Shown here: piece after piece, positions 58,175-64,000 of the stretch
How positions within the stretch are numbered: the stretch's first letter is position 1
How the letters are laid out: every line of letters starts with the position of its first letter
From: an uncultured Rhodospirillaceae bacterium
Lineage (GTDB): Bacteria > Pseudomonadota > Alphaproteobacteria > Rhodospirillales > UBA2165
Direction: 5' to 3'
NCBI GenBank assembly: GCA_964566055.1
Contig: CAZMHI010000009.1
Span: 19,447-83,446 of the forward strand
DNA: 64,000 bases
Program-made: the position numbers and the translations under genes
Notes under the pieces: generated by a model
Seen by the model: the letters and a program-made list of their open reading frames with translations, nothing else
What the model was told of the DNA's origin: nothing
Database searches by the model: none

Positions 58175-58936
58175 ATGACCAAATTAACTGACAAAGTCGC
58201 TATTGTAACCGGGGCGGCTCAGGGTATCGGCGCCACCTACGCCAAAGCTTTAGCAGCTGAGGGGGCGAAAGTCGTGCTCACCGATGTGTTGGACTGCGCC
58301 CCAGCCGCTGCCGAAATTGCCGCCGAATATCAAGGTGCCGAGACTCTCGTCCTAAGTACCGATGTCAGTGATGAAAAAGCCACCCAAGAGATGATCGACC
58401 AAACAATTGAGCGCTTTGACCGCGTTGATGTTTTGGTTAATAACGCGGCAATTTTCGGCACCCTTGTACCGGGCTCATTCGAAGACATAAACGTCGATGA
58501 GTGGGATAAACTCATGGCCGTGAATGTCAAAGGACCCTGGCTCTGCACCAAGGCCGCTGCACCGGTCATGCGTCAACAAGGCTACGGCAAAGTTATCAAC
58601 ATTGCCTCTGGAACCTTGTTTAAGGGCGCACCAAATTTGTTGCACTATGTTTCCTCCAAAGGCGCTATCCTGGCAATGACACGATCAATGTCGCGCGAAC
58701 TTGGTGATGACAATATTTGTGTTAATACGCTGGCGCCCGGCCTGACCATGAGCGAAAATGTCCTGAATTCCGAAAAACACATGGCATACCGGGATGCCAA
58801 TACCGCTTCCCGCGCCCTGAAACGCCATCAAACGCCGGATGATCTCATCGGCGCCTTGGTTTTTCTGGCTTCACCAGATAGTGATTTTATCACCGGACAA
58901 TGTCTGGTTGTTGATGGTGGCTCGGTAAACAACTAG
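58175..58936 (+). CDS. SDR oxidoreductase
   Basis: TGAAQGIG, NNAA, YVSSK. Confidence 0.93.
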   Translation: MTKLTDKVAIVTGAAQGIGATYAKALAAEGAKVVLTDVLDCAPAAAEIAAEYQGAETLVLSTDVSDEKATQEMIDQTIERFDRVDVLVNNAAIFGTLVPGSFEDINVDEWDKLMAVNVKGPWLCTKAAAPVMRQQGYGKVINIASGTLFKGAPNLLHYVSSKGAILAMTRSMSRELGDDNICVNTLAPGLTMSENVLNSEKHMAYRDANTASRALKRHQTPDDLIGALVFLASPDSDFITGQCLVVDGGSVNN

Positions 58937-59053
58937 ACGTTTAAATCATCGCCAAAATAGGCTGCTGTAAATAAAAAGGGGATTGACGAAATTTCCAAAT
59001 AGGGATGAACTACTCGTGGTTTCGTTCTTTTAGGCGGTATATAGGAGACAACG

Positions 59054-59386
59054 ATGTCTGAGCAGAGCGACTTTGATGAAAAACGGCAGCACAAACGCCT
59101 CAAAGCACCCAATAGCGTCAAAGCCAAAATCAATGATGAAGAAATTGACGCTACATTGCTGGATGTATCGGCAGGTGGGGCCGCACTTGATCTGCAAGGT
59201 AATGTTAAACCGGATGATCCAATTGAGTTGATGATTGATGACGTTGGTGAGTTAAGCGCCACCGTATCCCGGTCTTTAGACGATGGGGTGGCTGTTCGTT
59301 TCATGGATATCGATGATGACGAAGAAGAGATGCTGCTGGCTGATCTTGAACGCATTGATATTGATATCAGAAACGAAGATTTTTAA
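59054..59386 (+). CDS. Single-domain PilZ protein
   Basis: RQHKR (RxxxR) and DVSAGG (DxSxxG) motifs. Confidence 0.85.
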   Translation: MSEQSDFDEKRQHKRLKAPNSVKAKINDEEIDATLLDVSAGGAALDLQGNVKPDDPIELMIDDVGELSATVSRSLDDGVAVRFMDIDDDEEEMLLADLERIDIDIRNEDF

Positions 59387-59465
59387 GCTCACCAAATTAA
59401 ATAGATCATGTGACAGGCTGATCTAAATCCGATATTAGTTCCCGCCTGGAAGGGAACTAAAATTC

Positions 59466-60218
59466 ATGCTTGAGCTCTACAACACGCCCCATTCGACCTG
59501 CAGCCAGAAAGTCCGTATCTGTCTGGCCGAAAAGGACCTCGAATGGACTGATATTTATGTCAATCTGGCGACCAAAGAACACCTTTCCCCAGAATATCTC
59601 AAAATTAATCCCAATGGCGTGGTGCCGACGCTCATTCATGACGGCGCCATCATTACGGATTCAAGCGTCATCTGCGAATATATTGATGAGGTTTTTCCAA
59701 AACCGGCTTTAACTCCGGATGAGCCCGCTCAAAAGGCTGCGATGCGGGCCTGGTTGCGCTTCAGCGAAGAGGTGCCGACCGTCGCCGTGCGGGTGCCGTC
59801 TTTTAATATGGCCTTCCTACCGCGTTTTGAAGGCCTCTCTGAAGATGAGTTTCACAATCAGCAATCTGACATCAGACCCTTGCGCAAACAGTTTTACCGC
59901 CGCATGGGAACGGAAGGCTTTGACGGTGAGGACTTCACAGCAGCCCTGGAACAAATTCACAACACAGCCCAGCGTATGAACGATGCACTTTCAACTGGCC
60001 CCTGGCTGCTGGGCGAGCACTACACCCTCGCCGATATTATTTTGGCGCCGCTACTGGATCGTATGGCCGACCTTGGTTTTGCCAGCCTCTGGGACGAAGA
60101 TTTCCCCAGGGTCACCGAATGGTTTCAACACACACAAGAACGCGCCGCTTTTCAACGCGCCTTCTTTAAAGGCACGCGCCTGTCCGAATTGCACGATCTC
60201 GCCGGGCCGACCTGTTAG
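59466..60218 (+). CDS. Glutathione S-transferase family protein
   Basis: STCSQKVR, NPNGVVPTL, DSSVICEY, GPWLLG..TLADI. Confidence 0.92.
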   Translation: MLELYNTPHSTCSQKVRICLAEKDLEWTDIYVNLATKEHLSPEYLKINPNGVVPTLIHDGAIITDSSVICEYIDEVFPKPALTPDEPAQKAAMRAWLRFSEEVPTVAVRVPSFNMAFLPRFEGLSEDEFHNQQSDIRPLRKQFYRRMGTEGFDGEDFTAALEQIHNTAQRMNDALSTGPWLLGEHYTLADIILAPLLDRMADLGFASLWDEDFPRVTEWFQHTQERAAFQRAFFKGTRLSELHDLAGPTC

Positions 60219-60235
60219 CTAAATTGGAGACAACA

Positions 60236-60565
60236 ATGACCGACCTATCTTCTTTGATCGGAGACTTAAAAGAAAATTACGATGTTGAGTATTGGGGCTC
60301 CCTGTTGGACGATTACGATCAACGTCTGTCTGAGCTGCACAAAAAAATCGATGGTGCAAAATACACCGAATGGGGATTGGTGGCGCTGAAAGCCATACAA
60401 GGCGACGCCGAGGCTAAATCTTTAATGGCTGAAATTTTGGCACCCGGCAGTGACGATAAAAAAATAGTTGATGAAATGGCGCTGCTATATTTAGTACAGC
60501 CCGTGCTGCGACATTATTTATTCCGCGCCACAAACAAGGCACAGGAAATGGGGCCGCCTGCTTAA
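60236..60565 (+). CDS. Hypothetical protein
   Basis: GGAG RBS, 109 codons, starts 17 nt after the GST stop. Confidence 0.75.
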   Translation: MTDLSSLIGDLKENYDVEYWGSLLDDYDQRLSELHKKIDGAKYTEWGLVALKAIQGDAEAKSLMAEILAPGSDDKKIVDEMALLYLVQPVLRHYLFRATNKAQEMGPPA

Positions 60566-60590
60566 GTTAAAATTTGAATGGGATGTCTCT

Positions 60591-61010
60591 TTAATCAGCG
60601 AATGGGAAATCCGCATTATCATAAGGCCAGGAATAGCTCAAAACTTTCTTTTCGCCGGTTTCAATCTCACCTTGCTGATGCAATTTATAAGTGGTCTCAA
60701 TGATTTTATCGACAAATTCATTAGTGACACACTGCAGCACTGAACTATCCGTCACATATTGGCTGGAATAGATAACCGATGTAAGTTTTTGCGAATTGTC
60801 ACCGACAAAACCAAACAGCATATTGATAAATTCGTTCGCCGGCAGATAAGGCGGCACAACGGTCATGACTTCTTTCAAGACGGCATAAACGAGATTGGGC
60901 ACCAATTGAGTACGGGAATCATGTTCTAAGGAGGAGAGAACAACACCGAAATATTTAGTGCGCTCATCATCTAGATTATTAATGACGTCTTGGATTATTT
61001 TTTGATGCAT
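60591..61010 (-). CDS. Hypothetical protein
   Basis: 139-codon ATG-initiated ORF filling the gap; no motif recognised. Confidence 0.65.
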   Translation of the reverse strand: MHQKIIQDVINNLDDERTKYFGVVLSSLEHDSRTQLVPNLVYAVLKEVMTVVPPYLPANEFINMLFGFVGDNSQKLTSVIYSSQYVTDSSVLQCVTNEFVDKIIETTYKLHQQGEIETGEKKVLSYSWPYDNADFPFAD

Positions 61011-61111
61011 CTTTTAGTACCGTTAAATTAGTCACGCGTACTTTTGTAGATGGCTATCAAAAGTAATTTTTCCACCACTAAAATACTTCAATTTGTAACA
61101 TTTATTATGAG

Positions 61112-61903
61112 CTATTTGGAAAAATTGGCGGAAATCTGCCCCAATTCGGAATTTTGCATGACAATTTGATCCCCCGGCGACAGCCACTGGCATTCAACCA
61201 TGCTGCCCAAGAGAATAAACTCCCCGGATTTCAATTGATATCCGAGCTCGTTCAGATTATTGGCGAGCCACGCCAGGGCATTCAAAGGATGACCCATGAT
61301 ATCAACTCCCTGTCCGCTGCCAACTTCCGCGCCATTAACCAGGGTGCGCCCAACCATCAGAGCTAAGTCAAGTTTTTGCCAATCGGTAATCTCCGGGCCT
61401 AGAACACAGGCGCTTTGGAAAAAATCATCAACAATCATTGATGCCGTGGTCAACTTTCTAAAATCGGCATACCGGTCATCAACGATTTCCATGGCCACGC
61501 GGCAATTTCGAATGGCGAAACGAATGTTTTCTTTATCGTAAGACTGAGATTGCGGCGGCAAATCCGCTCCAAGGGTCACGGCAATTTCACATTCCACACC
61601 GACATGATTGAAATTAGCATAGGGCACTTCGAAATGATCAAAATGCACCGAGCCCGCCATAACTCCGCCAGAGCAGGGGTGATCAATCGACATAAATTTT
61701 TGCATAATTGGCGTGGTGCAACCGATTTTCCAGCCGACGCGTTCACCAAGTCCGGCCGCTGTCAGGCCGGTATGCAGTTCAAATTGTTGCTGATAGGCAT
61801 CGGCTTCGTCTTGCGGCTGCTCGTCCGGCGCAAAGCCCGGCCATGGCCCAGGACGTAATCGATTGTCGACGAGACTGCGAAGACTATCCCGCACTTTCAA
61901 CAA
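61112..61903 (-). CDS. Fumarylacetoacetate hydrolase family, 2-keto-4-pentenoate hydratase-like
   Basis: VGWKIGCT, VECEIA, MEIVDDRY, MGHPLNALAWLAN; start uncertain. Confidence 0.88.
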   Translation of the reverse strand: MLKVRDSLRSLVDNRLRPGPWPGFAPDEQPQDEADAYQQQFELHTGLTAAGLGERVGWKIGCTTPIMQKFMSIDHPCSGGVMAGSVHFDHFEVPYANFNHVGVECEIAVTLGADLPPQSQSYDKENIRFAIRNCRVAMEIVDDRYADFRKLTTASMIVDDFFQSACVLGPEITDWQKLDLALMVGRTLVNGAEVGSGQGVDIMGHPLNALAWLANNLNELGYQLKSGEFILLGSMVECQWLSPGDQIVMQNSELGQISANFSK

Positions 61904-62252
61904 TCGCCACTAACTGATCGGTAAAAGTCGCTGGGTCTATCGGTTTGGTCATATATCCTGCAGCGCCCCGAGCTGCTGCTTTTTCTTTCCAATGATCAGC
62001 GTCTCGGGCTGAAACCATGATAATTTTCGTCGCATCCAATTCTTTTTGCTGGCGAATTTCATCACATAATTCGAGACCATCAAGAGCCGCCATCATCAAA
62101 TCCGTTAAAACGCAATCGGGCCGCATAGCCCTGATGTCAGATATTGCTCTGGCGCCGGATACATTGGATCCAACTTCATGACCATTACTCTCTAACACCG
62201 CTGTCATGACTTCGATTACTTCATGGTCATCATCAACAATGAATATTTTCAC
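61884..62252 (-). CDS. Single-domain response regulator
   Basis: IVDDD, LTDLMM, VSA, KPI. Confidence 0.9.
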   Translation of the reverse strand: MKIFIVDDDHEVIEVMTAVLESNGHEVGSNVSGARAISDIRAMRPDCVLTDLMMAALDGLELCDEIRQQKELDATKIIMVSARDADHWKEKAAARGAAGYMTKPIDPATFTDQLVAIVESAG

Positions 62253-62339
62253 CTGTCGCTCCTTGTTTAAAGGTCAGCGAATTGAGATTTATTTAGGCGT
62301 AATATAAATTATCTTAGTGTGAAGGGTAGTCGGCAGCAA

Positions 62340-64000
62340 TCAATTCATATGTTTATTTAACGCCGATAATACCTCAGGAACATTGATCGGTTTGATGATA
62401 TAATCCTCAAATCCGGCCGCCTTCCCGGCCGCAATTTCCGATGGCATGGCAGCAGCGGTCAAAGCGATAACAGGTATCTCAGAAGTGTTGCTATGAGTCC
62501 GAAGCACCTTCAAAGCGTCAATACCGCTCATCCCAGGCAGATTTATATCCATCAATATTATATCTGTTTTGTTTTCACGCGCCACCGCCAGACCTATTTC
62601 GGCATTATGGGCTGACAACATTTGCATGTCAGGAATTTGACGAATTACCTCCTGCATCAGCCGTAAATTTGTCGGATTATCCTCAATGTAGAGAATTGTT
62701 TTTTGCCCCATATCAAAATTTCCAGCCAAGGTATGGGCATGCGGAAGCAAATCGGAGTCTTGGAGAATTTGACTAGTTGCAGCCAAGGGAAAGGTAACCC
62801 AAAAGTTACTGCCTTCTCCAACTTTACTATCAAAACCAACGTGCCCGTCGAGAAGTTCGACGATCTGCTTGGTAATTGTTAAGCCAATTCCTGTGCCTTC
62901 AATTTCACCTGCTTCCCGCCCCAACCGATTAAATGGTTCAAAAAGATGAGCCTGTTTATTTTCCGGTATGCCGTAACCGGTGTCGCTAATCGAAATTTTA
63001 ATTTCCGAAGTATCGAGCACTTCGGCGTCCAACGTAACGGTGCCATTTTTACTATTATATTTTATCGCGTTGGATAGTAAATTCAGCAGCACCTGTCGAA
63101 CCCTGCTGCGATCTGCCCACACCAGCAACTTATCATGGCTATCTTTTAAATTCTTAAACTTTATGCCATTTTCCGCCGCCGATTTCGCCACCATCGCTGA
63201 AGCTTCCTCCATAACATCAATAACGTCGAACGCTTCCAGAGAATAGGTCAAATTACCAGATTCAATTTTTGATAATTCTAATACCTGGTCAATAAGTTCC
63301 AATAAATGCTCGCCTCCTCTAAGGATTTGACCAACATAATCCAATTGACGGGGTGATAGTTCTTCAACCGGATCACCCTCCATTAATTGTCCAAACCCGA
63401 GAATTGCATTCATCGGAGTGCGTAATTCGTGGCTCATTGAAGATAAAAATTCGGATTTTGCCAGATTGGCGGCTTCGGCGGCATCACGCGCTGATATAAG
63501 TTCCAGCTCCTGAAGCTTGCGCTTGCTGACATCACGCATAATGCCGACAAATTTATTGTTTGTGCCCACTTCCATCGGAGCGATATTTAACTCCAATGGA
63601 AAAAGTTCGCCATTTTTTCGCTGACCCTGCAGATCACGGGAGCGATTGATGATGCGTGGGGCGTGAATTTCAGATTGTTTGACAAAGCGGTCATGTTCCA
63701 GCCGCTCAGCTTCCGGAACCAACACGGCAACGTTCGATCCAATCACCTCGGATGCCGCATAGCCAAATATTTTTTCCGCCCCTTGATTAAAAAGTTCAAT
63801 TTCTCCGCTTGAATTGATCGTTACAATTCCTTCACCGGTATTCTCGACAATGGCACTTAATTTGTCTTCCGCTAATCGGCGTTCTGTTAATTGGTTCTCG
63901 ATAGCGGTTAAAAAACGATTTCCCGAAATCGCTAACTGACCCAATTCATTTGGCCGGGCAGTTGATGAAGTTGGCAATCTGGTACCATCAATTGTTTCCG
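62340..64000 (-). CDS. Hybrid sensor histidine kinase (HAMP-like, PAS, HisKA, HATPase, receiver); 5' end lies outside the window
   Basis: SHELRTP, NAIKY, DTGYG, GTGIGL, LMDINLP; frame stays open to the window edge. Confidence 0.93.
   Translation of the reverse strand, partial: ETIDGTRLPTSSTARPNELGQLAISGNRFLTAIENQLTERRLAEDKLSAIVENTGEGIVTINSSGEIELFNQGAEKIFGYAASEVIGSNVAVLVPEAERLEHDRFVKQSEIHAPRIINRSRDLQGQRKNGELFPLELNIAPMEVGTNNKFVGIMRDVSKRKLQELELISARDAAEAANLAKSEFLSSMSHELRTPMNAILGFGQLMEGDPVEELSPRQLDYVGQILRGGEHLLELIDQVLELSKIESGNLTYSLEAFDVIDVMEEASAMVAKSAAENGIKFKNLKDSHDKLLVWADRSRVRQVLLNLLSNAIKYNSKNGTVTLDAEVLDTSEIKISISDTGYGIPENKQAHLFEPFNRLGREAGEIEGTGIGLTITKQIVELLDGHVGFDSKVGEGSNFWVTFPLAATSQILQDSDLLPHAHTLAGNFDMGQKTILYIEDNPTNLRLMQEVIRQIPDMQMLSAHNAEIGLAVARENKTDIILMDINLPGMSGIDALKVLRTHSNTSEIPVIALTAAAMPSEIAAGKAAGFEDYIIKPINVPEVLSALNKHMN

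Overview
Chromosomal segment of an alphaproteobacterium; gene content and order point to Rhodospirillales. The left core block runs DUF1178, ubiG, lysC, ptsP, rodZ, hisS, hemA-like, prfA, prmC, DUF4167, MOSC, clpB, M23 peptidase. It has a four-gene insertion after ptsP, no ispG between rodZ and hisS, and a glutamyl-tRNA reductase homologue that lacks its catalytic Cys. An accessory block (~21.6-43.2 kb) ends at tRNA-Arg(CCT). It holds queH, an orphan anaerobic sulfatase maturase, a two-component/EF-hand/cytochrome b561 module, TauD, a TetR-headed operon for a 4-hydroxybenzoyl-CoA-reductase-like molybdoenzyme with an atypical acyl-CoA dehydrogenase and a DapA-family aldolase, and a sulfotransferase-family / reductive dehalogenase / CoA-ligase operon. 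The right part has housekeeping genes (pip, carD, fdxA, helicase, htpG), an FNR-box-linked aryl-CoA thioesterase/SDR locus, a GST and a partial hybrid kinase. The best candidate for an undescribed system is a CoA-linked pathway for halogenated and/or sulfated substrates built on two TAT-less reductive-dehalogenase homologues and the molybdoenzyme operon. No integrase, transposase, CRISPR array or rRNA was seen. All family calls come from motif recognition, not from database searches.
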